From Callorhinchus milii (Eukaryota), in assembly GCF_018977255.1 (NCBI RefSeq), contig NW_024704743.1, positions 310,001 through 374,000 of the forward strand: a DNA stretch of 64,000 nt, read 5' to 3'. Below, piece after piece: positions 12,770-26,090 of this stretch; the stretch's first letter is position 1; every line of letters starts with the position of its first letter. The notes beneath the pieces are model-generated. The model was not told the origin of the DNA. It was given only the letters and a program-made list of their open reading frames with translations, and did no database searches. Position numbers and translations under genes: made by a program.

Positions 12770-15127
12770 GCCTGTTCCATCATTCTAGAAGATCCACGGC
12801 TGATCTTTACCTTAACTCTAATTACCCACCCTTGCCCTGTATCCCTTGCGAAGCACTTGGAGCCGTCCTCACGATGCGAGAGGAGCGGTATCAAATGTAA
12901 GATCAATCATCACCACGAGAAAGAAAACACCACTGCTGGCTGAACGGCCGGTTTCTTTGCAGGAGTACTCTAGGATCCCACTCATAGCCGTGCACGGCGA
13001 TGAACAAGATTAGAGGGGCGTATCACATCCAATCGAGCGGACATACTGCAGAAGAGCCAGCACCATTTCATTAAAGAATGGCAGCTGCTGCCGTGACTTG
13101 GCCAGACTCCAACAATCATCATGAACGAAGGGGTATTCACAGCAGCTACAGCATTTAGCCCTGAAATTAAAATCTCGCTTTTCAATAGCCCTTCACCTCA
13201 CATGCCACCCACTAACACAGCCTCTTTACCTCCAGGCTTTACTGGCAAACAGCTGGTTCTAAATTTTAATTGATAAAGCTTCGTACTTTGCAGCACCATA
13301 CGACGAAGCATCTGAAAATACTTTTTCAGTTGGTAAAATGGTAGCCATTTTGCATACAGAAAGCTCTCCTCTTCGAAATAACAGCAAATTACATTTGTAT
13401 AGCGCCTTTCACATCGGGCGGATGTCCCAAAGCACTGGGCAGTCAAGGAAGTGCACCCGAGCTGGGGTTTGGAATCAGGAAGGGTGGAGGGGCAGAGGTG
13501 GATACACACGGTCAAACACCCTTAATAATTAATTTTTCTGGAGGACTGTTGGCCAGGTTGTCAGGAGACACACCCATGTGGTTTCCAATAGCTAGGAGGA
13601 ACCTTTAACGGCCACCTGAATGTGTAACCAGGACCTTGGGTTACAGTTTAACCCAACGGTCGGTCCTTCTGACAATGCCGCACCCCCAGCATTGCACTGA
13701 AGTGTCATCGCAAGCATGAGCTCAAGTTCTCGATTTGGGGCTGGAAGCTGAGGACGCTTTAGGGGAAAAAAAATAATATGGTCACTTAATCCATGACTGG
13801 TGTGTGCAATTGGCTGCCGCGTTTCGCCCACAAGGTAAACAGTCAATTATTCATTTACTGTATATTCTGTGAAGCGCTTTGAGACACCACAAAAACGTGA
13901 TCAGGCGCAATATCAAGTGCAAGGATTATTATATTATTATTACTATTATGGTCACAGAGAGTGCTACCGGCTGAGCAAAACTAACAACCACTTCCCACTT
14001 TCAAAAGGCCTCAAATTAGAAAGTAACCAGCCATTAACACCCACCTTGCTCAAGGTCCCCATAAAAATAAAGACCAACGTTTCATCAAACACATCCTCTC
14101 TCATCTGATCTGATTTTAATGGCCTATTCAACTCAGCGGAGAAAGGCACTTCCTGATCTTACAACGTTTCAGCGAGTGGCTTTGTCAGAGTTCTGTGGAA
14201 GCTGAACAATGCAGTGATTTCTCTGGGGGTCAACCTCAGAATCCTGGAACATTCCTCGGGGCTTTGTGCAAAGCGAGAGACAATTCGCGTAGACTTTAAT
14301 TACTTTCGAAGGACTTCACATGAACCCATAAAGGAGCTGCGTCAAGTATTTTACTGCGGAACGTGCTTTGGTGGGGAATGAAAGACGGGCCTTTGCCATC
14401 AAAAAAAACAAGGGAGTCTGGCAGCTCAGAGAGGTGTGCGGAGAATGTCATAGCAACAGACAAGTCTGAGCTCTGCTCCCTACCCACGGCACGTGACTGA
14501 ACTGCTGAATGCTCTCACTCCACACTGCAGGCTTTCAGTCTGCCGTTCTGAATACTGCTGCTGCGCATTCCTCACACGGGGCTTTCTTGGCTGTGCCGGC
14601 AAGACAGAAATGTTACCTATGTGCCATGAATAAAAAAAAAATCAATATGTCCACTGTTCTGAGGCTACAAAATGTCAGCCACATTCCTGTTGGCATCCGC
14701 CTAGAAAAAGTACACCAGAAATTAATTTTGTACCTTCACAGATTAATAATAATCATATTATTTGATTACTCAATCCACGACTGTTTGTGGGACACTGCTG
14801 TGTGCAATTGGCTGCCGGGTTTTGTTCACAAAATATAGTCTTAAGGAATAACAGTCACTGACCAGCAGCCCTCCGTGTCGGTCTCTAGACTGTTTCCTGA
14901 GCCAAGCGAATTCATAGTACTTCAGGATATTGGTGATGACAGCACAGCCAACCTCATCAGCCGGTCTTGGAAGAGCAATCACTGGAGGCAGGAAATCATC
15001 TCACCCAGCTCCCGTTAACCCAGCAAGCCAAAGCCCTAATGGGAAGGGTGGTCCTAGCTGGACAAACAGTGGGAATGCTTACCAGACGGCGATATCAATG
15101 GCAAGCTTTGTGGGGTTAAATGAGACA

Positions 15128-15487
15128 ATAATAATCCTTGAATTTGATACGGCGCCTATTACGTCTTTGAGACGTCTCAAAGCGCTTCACAGAATATACT
15201 GTAAAGCGAATTATTTATATTTTGTGGGCGAAACACGGCAGCCAATTGTGCACAGCTGCGTCCCCACAAACAGTCATGGATTGAGTGACCAAATTTGTTT
15301 AAAGAAATCATTACCACCAGAAAATCGATCCACCAATCGCCTAACAACCGGGTTCCTACTTATTGCTAGGTAAACAGAGGTGTGTGGAGTAAGGAAACTT
15401 GCCCAATGTTTTGCCCTGCCCGGGAATTGAACCCAGGTCCTCTCGCTTGTGAGGAGAGTGCTCTAAACACTGAGCTACAGGACTCCA
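15128..15487 (-). mobile_element. tRNA-derived SINE, full length (copy B ~47598-47962)
   Basis: (TAA)n-TCCTTG tail through to GAGCTACAGGACTCC head on the reverse strand. Confidence 0.85.
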
Positions 15488-15949
15488 CAATGCCTATTAC
15501 AGTACCCGCGATTAAGTTCTCGGTGGTTCATTCCTAAAATGGAGTTCGGCTATCAGCTCTTAAGGAAAAACAGTCACTGTCCAGCAGTAACAGCTCACCT
15601 AGATTAAAGCAAGGCTTTCCCTCCCCTTCCAAAATGAACCATCAGTTGAATGCCATTAGTACACATGGTGTCAAGCTTGACTCAGTTGGCAGCACGCTTA
15701 TTTCTACAACACTTCCTTTTGATATCGCACCTCAAAGCACTTCACAAGTTCATTTTAAACTCTGAAGTGTAGTTAGTCACTGTTGTGTTTGTAGGTCAGT
15801 GTAGAACATTCAACCGTAAAACAGGATGCACAAAGAAATGGTTCACAGAAATAGGAGGAGGCCATTTAGCAGTCAAGCTTGCTCCACCAGTTCACTAATC
15901 AGGACAGATCTTTTTAGTTGATTTTTCCTCCATACAGAAAAGACACTAG

Positions 15950-16105
15950 CTGAAGAGTTCTGAATAATCTACAGCTTGTGGAGGGAAGATTGGGAATTCT
16001 GGCGAGTACGGAGTCAGCGTAGTCAAGCCTGGACGTAATGAAGGCATGGATGACAGTCTTGGCTGCCTGAGGGGAAAGATAGTGGCGGAGGCTATTGCAG
16101 AGGTG
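15950..16105 (-). mobile_element. L2 LINE ORF2 fragment (copy B ~48425-48580)
   Basis: Translates LRHYLSPQAAKTVIHAFITSRLDYADSVL, the L2/CR1-clade SRLDYCN motif. Confidence 0.75.
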
Positions 16106-17188
16106 GGGGAAGGTTTCATAAGTGTCTTTAGGTGGAGAGTGCACCCATGAATAATGATGCTATCAGCGCCTGAGGTGAGAAGGCGCTGATGGGAACCAAG
16201 CTGATGGGATGGCGACGTTCAACTGGCTCTCATCCAGGACTTGAGTCTCATACACCCCTCGAATGCGGAATTCAATGCAACAGATGAAATAGACTTGGCA
16301 CAGTCTTACAAAAGGGAGGGAACAACTGTAATGGAAACCTGGTTTAAACATTCCTGAACATTACAAGCATTTTGTTTCACTACAGAAGTTCTCAAGGGTC
16401 AATGGCTACAGGCTGCTCCCAGGTGAGTTGCCAGTACCTGCAGGTTCCCACACGGGCGTAGTTAGGTGGTGGGGGTGGTGGTGGGTTGAGGGGAGGATGG
16501 AGTGCTGGAAGAGGACAAATACTCAACTGAAGAGTATCAATAACCCTAAATGTAATCCTAGAATCCTACAGCACAGAAGAAGGCCATTTGGCCCATTGTG
16601 TCTGTGTCGGCTCTTTCAAAATTAGTCCCACTCACCCGCTTTTCTTTCCCCATAACCTTGCGAGCTCCCATTTGAGTTATTATTGAATCTGCTTCCAGCA
16701 CCTCTTTCAGGCAGTAATAACTCAAATTCAACAACTATGTGCACTAGGAGCAAGGATTCATCAGGTTGGAAGGGTCCTCAAGACACAAGATTCAAGCCCC
16801 ACATGCTCTAGGCTCATACTCCAATTCACTCCTTGGAGAGCAGTGCATTGAAAGAGAATGAGGAGGGCAAATGAGAAATCTTGTCTTGAGATGAAGGGAG
16901 GGAGCAGTGGGAGATGGTCTCATTTACAGCCAAGCATATCGGAAATGGGTCATCTTAAACTACACAGTAGAAATCAGTATTTCACGCGCTCCTATTACAT
17001 GTCCCTTGAGTATGTAGAATCGTTAATAAAAGGATGCAACTTTTATTAAGCTGCATTACACCACTCTTGTCATATGAAGCCAAGCTGGGAGAATTGAGAT
17101 GGAATTTCTTCACTCAAAGCTTGCTTGTTCTTCACTCATAGGCTTGCTGTTAATAGATTTATTCCCACTAGACTACAGGACTACATAA

Positions 17189-17553
17189 GGAGTCCTGAAG
17201 CATATTGGTTAGACCACTTGCCTCGCAAGCAAGATGAGCCGGGTTAGATTCCCAGGCAGGGAGAAACCTTACGCAAATTTCCTTACTTCATGCACCTCTG
17301 TTTACCAAGCAATAAGTAGGAATCTAATGTTAGTCAATTGGCGGATCGCTTTCTGGGGGTAATATTCCCTGAAAAAATAATAATGATAATTCTGGGAGCT
17401 CAATCCACGACTGTTGTGGGACATTACTGTGCACAATTGGCCGGTGCGTTTCGCCCACAAAATACACAGTCAATTCACTTTGCAGTACATTCTGTGAAGC
17501 GCGCTTTGAGAAGTCTCAACAACGTGATAAGGCGATAGATCGAATGAAAGGAT
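17189..17553 (+). mobile_element. tRNA-derived SINE
   Basis: GGAGTCCTG head, family body and tail. Confidence 0.8.
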
Positions 17554-20500
17554 GGTTGGCCAAGACACAAAGAGAAACTCCCTTCTCTCTTCAAATAGTG
17601 CCATGCCATATTTAACATCCATCTGAACAGAGAATCGGACCAACTGCGCCCGGCTAACACATGTTCTAAAAGTCACATGAAAAAGCCTTCGTAATGACTG
17701 ATGAAATCACAAGGCTCATATGCAGCAGTAGAATCCACTGCAGGCGTGATGTCTGCTCGACAGAATTGACTTGATCAAAACCCAAACACATAGCCAGTTA
17801 TAGAGTCATGAATATTTCCAAGAGCCAGCTGACTGAATCACTCCTACGAAGAGCTGGATAAATTAACCGCTTCTTTTACGTGACAGTTCGGATGAAAAAC
17901 ATTCTTTCTAGCCATCACCTGTGGATCACCACTCAATCCTCTCACAGTTGTCAGGTCACAACCGCTGATCACTCAGTAACAATTTCAGATACCAACAGGC
18001 AAATCAATCTGTCCAGCTACTCATCCAATTCCCCACAAGTTTCCTTCCACGCATCTCTTTCAAAATCTAATAACAATCCCTAATCTGTAATAATCTAATT
18101 AATCTCTAAATGTAATAATTTCACATATTTGCCTACTGTTACACAGCCACTACACTTTGCAGAAAAATCCTGTGAAGTTCTTAGAGACGTATCAATGACG
18201 CAATAATAAAAAATAATCCTTGCATTTGATATAGCGCTTTTCACATCTTCTTAGACGACTCAAAGCGCTTCACAGAATATACTGTAACCTGAATTGACTA
18301 TTTGTGGACGAAATGCGGCAGACAATTGCATACAGCAGCATCCCACAAACAGTCGTGGATTGAGTGACCAAATCGTTATTTTATTTTTTTTCTTGAGAGA
18401 TAATTATCAGGAGCGTAGAATAAGAAAACTTGACCAAGGTTTCGCCCTGCCGGGAATCGAACACAGGTCTTTTGCTTGCAAGGCGAGCGCTCTAACCACT
18501 AAGCTAACCAATTCCACGACACGATAGCAGAATTCCAAATACGGTAAACTGCTATATCAAAAGCAAGGATGATTGCACTTGCTGAAATCACAAGGCACAT
18601 ATTGGCCAGTGGAATCCACAGGCAATCAGCAGAAACAGGCATGCAATCTATTACTGTTTGTAACCTTTTATCTCAAGGATCAGTATTAATAAAAACCCTG
18701 TATTCGATACAGGTACAATTAAAAATTCTTCACAGGCAACTGTTGCCAAGTGTAGAGACTGTACATTTGTAGATAAACATGACAGCTATTGCAGATATGA
18801 TTGAATGAAGATTGTCGGCCAGGACAAAACTCCCTTCACTTCTTGAATGGTTCCATGGATCGTCAATTCCCACCGAAACAGATGAAATCTCAGTTTAACA
18901 TCTCATCACAAAGATGGCACTCTGTGATATTGTGGTGCGTGCCATGTATCATGACGATATTCAGATGGAACTGAACCAAGAATATTCAGACTCCGAGGTG
19001 AGAGTGCTACCAACTAATCTAACTAAGCTAACGAATTAGCAGGCAAGTGTCCCCGTCCCAACAACAGCTGAATTACGAATCTGTAAAAATATCATAATAT
19101 ACTCCCTGAATAATTAAGTGAATTCACTCATCCTCACATCTTCATTATTCAAACCTAGACTCCGAACCTCCACAGACAGTTTCTCTCCCACACTCTTCCT
19201 CCCCGGCAGTAATCACCACTTATTGATCCCCTTCTCTACATCTCTCAGCTCTTTTGTTTTGGAGAAGCCATTGAACGTAGAATCAACCGTCCTTGATTAG
19301 CAATCTGACCACTCTAACCTGCACTGGACTGTGGGAGAACATTGCTTCTGGTCTCCAGTCCTTGTTGATAGGCTGTTCCACTTGTTGAGGAGTACAAAAC
19401 TAGACGGATGTAAATATAAGACAATCAGTAGACCTTTCAGTGAGTTTAGGAGGAACTGCTTCATACAGAGGGGAGTGAGAATGTGGAATTCGCTTAAGGA
19501 AGTAGTGCTTGAGGCAAAAAGAAATTTGCATAGCATTTAACTTGCATTTATATAGCGCCTTTCACGCGGGATAGCATCCTGGAACGCTTGATAGTGTAGA
19601 AGTCTGACGCCGAGCGAGGGGGAGAGGTGACTGAAAGCATGATGAAAAATGAAGGTCTTTAGGTGGGATTTGAAGGTGGAAGGGGGGGGGGGGGGCAAGG
19701 AGAAGGGATTGAGGGAGAGAGTTCCAGAGTTTCGGGGCCTATCTTAAGAGTAAACTTGACAAATACATGAGGGAGAAGGGTATAGTTGAGGAGAATAAGT
19801 AGGGTGAAGGCAAACAACTGGCTCCCTCCACTAATGAAATAACATGACACACAGCCCTAATTGAACACATTTTGCATCCAAATAACTCTGCTCCTTATAT
19901 TCCATCTCTGCCAAATTGCATTTATACAACAACTTTCATGTCAGAAGGATATCCCAAGGCACTGGACAGTCAAGAGTTTGCACATGAGCTGGGAATAGAA
20001 TATTTACAGATGCCTGATATCCATCCCATTGATGCTGCATCACCTACCAGAGTAGGTTTATGTTTTATTAAGAAGATTACTACTACTATCGAGAGATATG
20101 CCGCTGTTGTAATATATGAACTTAATACTGCAGGCATTTGCTTCAGACAATAACCACCCACTTCTTACAACCTCAACATTTCCTGATTCTTTACCCAGAA
20201 TCATTTTCCAAAGTAACCTAAAAATAAAACATTAACACATAACACATACGGAGACAAACACACACATATATATACATATATTAAAAATGAACCTAAACCT
20301 CGCATAACTTGCAGCCTCAACAGCTTCTTTTGAACAATACTGCACTGAGGCCTGCGTTGCTGGCTGCAATTACCCAGTGCACAAGTAGGTGTGTTCATGC
20401 ATAAGAGGCCGCATAACCTGGTGCGTCCCCATATTACTCACACACAATATACAGTAACCACAGATAACTGCTTCAGAAGGTCTCTTGCACAGAACTGCAA

Positions 20501-21139
20501 CTGAGGCCTGTGCTGATGGTCCCAACCTAAATCTCATGCATTGTACTGTATTGTGACAGAATGAATAGATACAGAACTATCTGGATTTGCTAACAATGTA
20601 CGTATAAATTAAACACGTATACTATGTGGCCAACTAGGTTGTAGAGCTGTAGATGCCCACACAGGTTATAGAGATATCGGTCTGAATATATAAGCATACC
20701 GGGGTATGTACACCTTGCACATAATATAATGAAGCTGCTCTTGCTAATAATAAATAATAACCGGCCAGGACACCAGGAGAGAGAAACTCACTTTTATTAT
20801 TCGAACAGGCCACAGGGTATTGTCCACCTGAACAGGCAGATGGAGCCTCGATTTAACATTTTATCCGGAGTACGGCATCTCCGACAATGCAACACCCCCG
20901 GCACTGGACACTGGAGTGTCACCTTAGACCCCGTGACTCCAAGTCTCAACGTGGGGTGAAAACCCATAACCTTCTGACTCAAGAGGCAAGAGTGTTCCTC
21001 AGTTAGCCAAGCTGACACACAGATCTTTCCCATGTGCTACACGGGTTGCATTAATTATAGCGGCCCATATGCTGGGTAGCATTCCCCAGCCCGAAAAACC
21101 TGCCTATGTTATAAAAAACATACAGTATACAGAGATCTG

Positions 21140-21495
21140 TAGCGTAGCCGCGAACACGATGCCCTCAGATCGGCCTCACAAGCAGAGAGGACCTATGTTT
21201 GATTCCCCCGGGCCGGGCGAAACGTTTGGGCAAGTTTCCTTACTCCACACGCCTTTGTTTACCTCGCAGTAAGTAGGCGGTTGTTAGTTGATAGGCCGGA
21301 TCACTTGGTGATAAAATAATAGTGTGGTTACTAAATCCACCAACTTTGGTGTCACTGCTGTGCACGATTGGCTGCGGTGTTTCATCCACAAAACATAGTC
21401 AATTCATTTTACAGTATATTCTGTGAAGCGCTTTGAGATGTCAAGAAGGCGCGATAAGGGGCCATATCAGATACAAGGATTTAATTATTATTATT
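21140..21495 (+). mobile_element. tRNA-derived SINE, degenerate
   Basis: Family body GGGCAAGTTTCCTTACTCCACAC and (TTA)n tail. Confidence 0.7.
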
Positions 21496-22295
21496 TCCTG
21501 TACTAAACCTGGTGTGTGCCCACACAGGTCTCCCATGTACCAAACCTATTGCGTGCCATATTCTACACACAGTGTACACATGATCTCCTGTGTACTAAAC
21601 CTGGTGCGTCCATATTCTACCACACAATATACACACGGATCTCCTGTGTTCTAAAGATCTTTCCCGTGTACTAAAACCGACGCGTGTCCAGATTATACAT
21701 TATACTCCACACTATATTCCCGTGACCTGGAGTGTTTTCATATGTCGTACACACGGGTCTCTCATATGTACTGAACTTGGTGTGTGCCATGCTACACACA
21801 TCCACGCGCGCATGCGCGCGCACGCACACAAACACAGTACACACAGGTCTTTCCTCTTTATGAAACCTGTTATGCGCATGTAGAGCGCTCGCGTGACACA
21901 GGGCGCGCACAGGTCTCTCCCATGTACCAGGTAGACCTTTGGGGGTTCACATGTGTCCCTCCCGTGTACCGGGCAGATCTGTTGTGCGCTCATGTTATAC
22001 ACACACGTGTCCCTCCCATGTACTGGGCAGTGTCTTAGACATTAGGCACAGAATGTTACACACAGAGCTTTGCCGGAGTGTCCCACACACAGCGCACACC
22101 GGTCAGTCACTCACTCTCTCTATCCTGTGCACTAATACCCCCCACACACACACACACCCCACACACACACACCACCACCTCACACACACACACCACCACA
22201 CACACACCCCCCACACACACACCCCCCACACACACACACCCCACACACACACCCCCCCCACACACCCCACCCACACCACCCCCCCCCACACACCC

Positions 22296-22325
22296 NNNNN
22301 NNNNNNNNNNNNNNNNNNNNNNNNN
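22296..22325. other. Assembly gap (30 N)
   Basis: Run of N immediately after a CA/C-rich tract. Confidence 1.
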
Positions 22326-23740
22326 GTTAAAGCATTCTGAGAAGTCTATGAACACGTGAAACTCCCTGGCTGGGGTCACGATACTTGATGTTAATTGTAA
22401 TTGTTGTGGGCAAGACCCAGCAGCCAGTGCGCACAGCAGCCCACAAACAGTTGTGGATCAAGTGACCAAATTATTATTGTTTTTGAGGAATTATTATCCC
22501 TGGAAAAGCGATCCGCCAATCGACTAGCAACCGGGTTCCTACTACTGCTAGCTAAACAGGGGCACCGTAGAGTTACACAACAAAAAAATTACATTTAAGT
22601 GCTATACAGCACAGAAGGAGCCCATCGGCCCATCGTGTCTGTGCCGGCTCTTCGGAAAGAGCTATCCAAATCAAAATAAGTACCATTAAAAACTATATCC
22701 TGCGAAGTGCTCAGATACTTCCCAACGTGAATGGCGCTGTACCAAATGTAAGGATCGCTATAAGATACTCATTCCAGGTATCCATTATGAACTACTCAAA
22801 CCCAGGATCCATTATGCTCTATATTAGTTATTCAGCTTCTAGGTACACACTTTTTGCTGTGCAAGCTTTTTGGGTGATCAGCCAGTGATTGACATGTGCA
22901 GAAATCCACAGCCATGCTTACGAGCCTCTAAAGCTCTCCACCCTTCTCACTGAACAATGACACATATCACACAGATCTGAACTTGCTTCTCCTAAGGGTT
23001 ATTGGCGGATGCAGAATTTGGGGCCTGTCCGACATGAAAGCCAGGGCTCTTAGTCACTCACTGCGTGCCTGAGAGCTACTAGCAAATTATGAAAAGCTCA
23101 GGGTGGCGTTAGCAAGGAACCCCAATTTCATACGTTGGCAATAACTTGTGAAAGGTGACGCTCTTAATAATAATTCTTCCATTAACAGAGAGTAATTAAC
23201 ATCCATTAACATCATGCTGAAAAGTCTCAAAGTGCTTCGAAGTTTTCTATAAAGTGCAGTGACTAATTGTAGACGAGCCTACATAATTTGCACACAGCAG
23301 TGTCACAACTCTTGAAGCCGCACGAGCAATTTATCGGGCTCAGCCGCAAGAACTCTCGCCTCTCGGTCAGATGTTTGTGAGTTTACTGAGGTCGCAAGTC
23401 AGAACTCTCGAGTTCAAAGTCTAGACTGACATGCATGCAACGCTGTCGAGTGTTGCATTGGAGTGACTTTGGTGCCGTCCTTTGGATGAGATGCTAAATT
23501 AGCCACAAAACTCTGGATCACTCTCCCTTAATTCCTCCGCCTTGTCCCTTCCTTCCCCATCTTCAAGACCTTCCTCTTCGATCGCGCCTACTGCCACCTT
23601 CCCCCTCCCTGCCCCCCGGCTCAGTGTCATGCTCCGCCACTGTCAAGCGCTCCGAGACGCTGCCCTGCGTGAGGGGCGCTATTATATCAATACAATTTGT
23701 GTTATTTCAAGACTTTCGGGTCGGTGCCGACAGTAATTAC

Positions 23741-23796
23741 CTGCAATCTGAACGGAGCCTTCTTCACCGAGGAGAATGTTTCCCGCCTTCACGTCC
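23741..23796 (-). CDS. OXSR1: OXSR1 exon 5 (catalytic loop), 56 bp
   Basis: ttgcag| (R)DVKAGNILLGEEGSVQIA(D) |gtaatt. Confidence 0.95.
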
Positions 23797-24759
23797 CTGC
23801 AAGATAACGAGAGCAGATTAGCTGTGCCGAGATCAAAAGGGAATATGCCGCCTGCGATTGAAAGCAATTAGCCTTTCCCGAAGCAGCTGTTCAAAATAAC
23901 GACGAGGACCAAACTCAATCCAGCAATTTCCAGGATGACAGACTTTCAAAGAACACCGTTGTGTTCCCTCATACGCTTCACAATCGCCACATTATTGGTT
24001 AATCATCTGGTCTGTGGGAACTCGCTGTGAGCAAAATAGCTGACACAATTGCTTATACACACTCAGTCACCGTGCACAAATTGACTACTACTGTTACCTA
24101 CAAATACACAGTCACTCCACTTTACAGTATGTTCTGTGAAGCGCTTTGAGATGTCTCAACGACCTGATAATATGCTATATAAAATGTTTTAATAATATAT
24201 TATTATTATCAAGTGCTCAGAGACGTTAAGGGCGCTCCAAATACTTACGTTATAATAATATTCCTTGCATTTGATGTAGCGCCTTATTACGTCTTGGGGG
24301 AAGTCTGAAAGCGCTTCAAAGAATATATTGCAAAGTGAATTGACTGTATGTTTTGTAGCAAAATCAATTGTGCACAGCAAACAGTCATGGATTGAGTGAC
24401 CAAAGTATTATCTTTATTTTGAAGAAATTACTCCCGAAATAAAGTTCAAGGTGATTCTCTCCAGTCAACTGAAGGAACGACTTCCCAACCTTCTTGTTTA
24501 TTTTCGGTTTCATTTATAGCCTTGGAAGCGTGCCGCAGTTAAGGATTATTAGAATTGTACAGGAAACTGGAGGAGTAACAATGATAAGACCCTCTGATCT
24601 TCACTGATTCCAGAAAGCAAGCAAAATTGGTTTTCTTTTTCCCGTTAGAAGATTATTAGCTGAGATTAATTTAGACGGTGGGAAGATTCTGAAAGGGACA
24701 ACAAATTAAATAAGGAAATACATATTCCTTGAGTTGTCAAGGCGACATTGCTATAACAA

Positions 24760-25125
24760 CAAAATGCGCCCCTCACAGGATAACGTCCCAGGATAAGGAT
24801 AACGACCCAGGGCGCTTGACAGTGGCGGAGCAGGTCGCCAAGTCGGGAAGAGGTGACCGTAAGCCCAGGAGGAATGCATTCAGGCACGACCTGAAGATAG
24901 GGAAGGAAAGGAGAAGGCAGAGGGACAGAGGAAGAATGTTCCAGAGTGTGGGCGTAATGGCTGAAAACGCGGCCACTGTTGATGGAACAGAGGGCACGAG
25001 GGGATGTCTAAGAGGCTGGAGCCAGTCGAGCGGAGGAAATGGGTAGTGGGTTGGGGAATAAGCAATTCGGAGAAGCACAAACAGATTTGAAAATGAGTGT
25101 GAGGATCTTCGAATCGATCCACCAT
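24760..25125 (-). mobile_element. L2 LINE 3' fragment
   Basis: AFSAITPTLWNILPLSL...F(R)SCL(N)AFL-type C-terminus. Confidence 0.65.
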
Positions 25126-25766
25126 GCTAGCAGAATGCTAATAATCCTTTACGTTTGATATTTGTCCACAAAATATATCATCAATCCACTTAACAATACA
25201 CACACACACATATATAGATTGTTATTACTATTATAGCATCTTTCACATCGCTAGGATGTCTCAAACCACTTCCCAGGTTATACTGCAAGTGGAGTGATTG
25301 TGTGTTTTGTGGGCGAAGAAACAAAAGATAAGGTTAGAAGGAAATGCTTTACTCAGAGGTTTGGAATTCATTTCCTCAAGTGGCTCATTGAGCAATCAAA
25401 AGGGAACTGGATAAGTACCTGAGCAGTAAAAGCATTATGGATATACAAATATAGATAGGAAATAGTAAACATTTTTTCCAGAGATCACTCCTCTCCCTAC
25501 CCTAAAATCTCCTACTTAACTTCACAGCAAACACATATATCTTGACCAGTGATACCTCAGATAAAATTAGCCATCACTTCACGTAGGTCAATTGCTGTGC
25601 GGTAATTGCCTGGCAGATTTCACTGCAAAAAATGTAGTCACTGCACATTACAGTAAATTCGCTGACATCCTCCCAATGTAAAAGGCACCATATCAAAAAC
25701 AAGGATTATTACTATTATAACATCCTTCCTGATATTGCCTGCTCAGTCCCCGCCTAGTAGAGATAA

Positions 25767-26090
25767 GGAATCCGTAGCATATTGGTTAGAGCGCTCGCCT
25801 TGCAAGCGAGAGTACCCAGGTTCGATTCCCACCTGGTGCAAAACCAAGTTTCCTTAACTCAGACGCCTTTGATTACCTAACAGTGAGCAGGAACCGATTG
25901 ATAGTGGATTAGTGATTGCTTTCTGGGGTAATAATCTCTCCCCAAAAAAACTTGGTCGCTCAATCCAATTGGAGGGTTTCACCCTCCATAAACAGTCACT
26001 TCACTTTACAGTATATTCTGTGAAGTGTTTTCAGATGTCTGATTAACGCAATGAAGCACTATATCAAATGCATCGATCATTATTATTATA
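25767..26090 (+). mobile_element. tRNA-derived SINE, same family
   Basis: TGGTTAGAGCGCTCGCCTTGCAAGCG head, GGTTCGATTCC, (TTA)n tail. Confidence 0.8.

Larger units (their letters stand above)
1..22295 (+). repeat. Copy A of a >=22 kb direct duplication (copy B ~32866-54800)
   Basis: Base 1 (ggctaaccaaaataaaaaatg) recurs at 32866; the copies are colinear throughout with scattered SNPs and indels, and the ORF track is duplicated. Confidence 0.98.

Noticed and set aside
17698..17750. TGATGA box-C-like motif, with a similar stretch at ~18582-18620
   Set aside because: No convincing D box or terminal stem; probably a decayed local repeat.
25767..25840. tRNA-Ala-like sequences here and at other SINE heads
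   Set aside because: No intact acceptor stem, and they continue into the SINE body; these are SINE heads, not tRNA genes.
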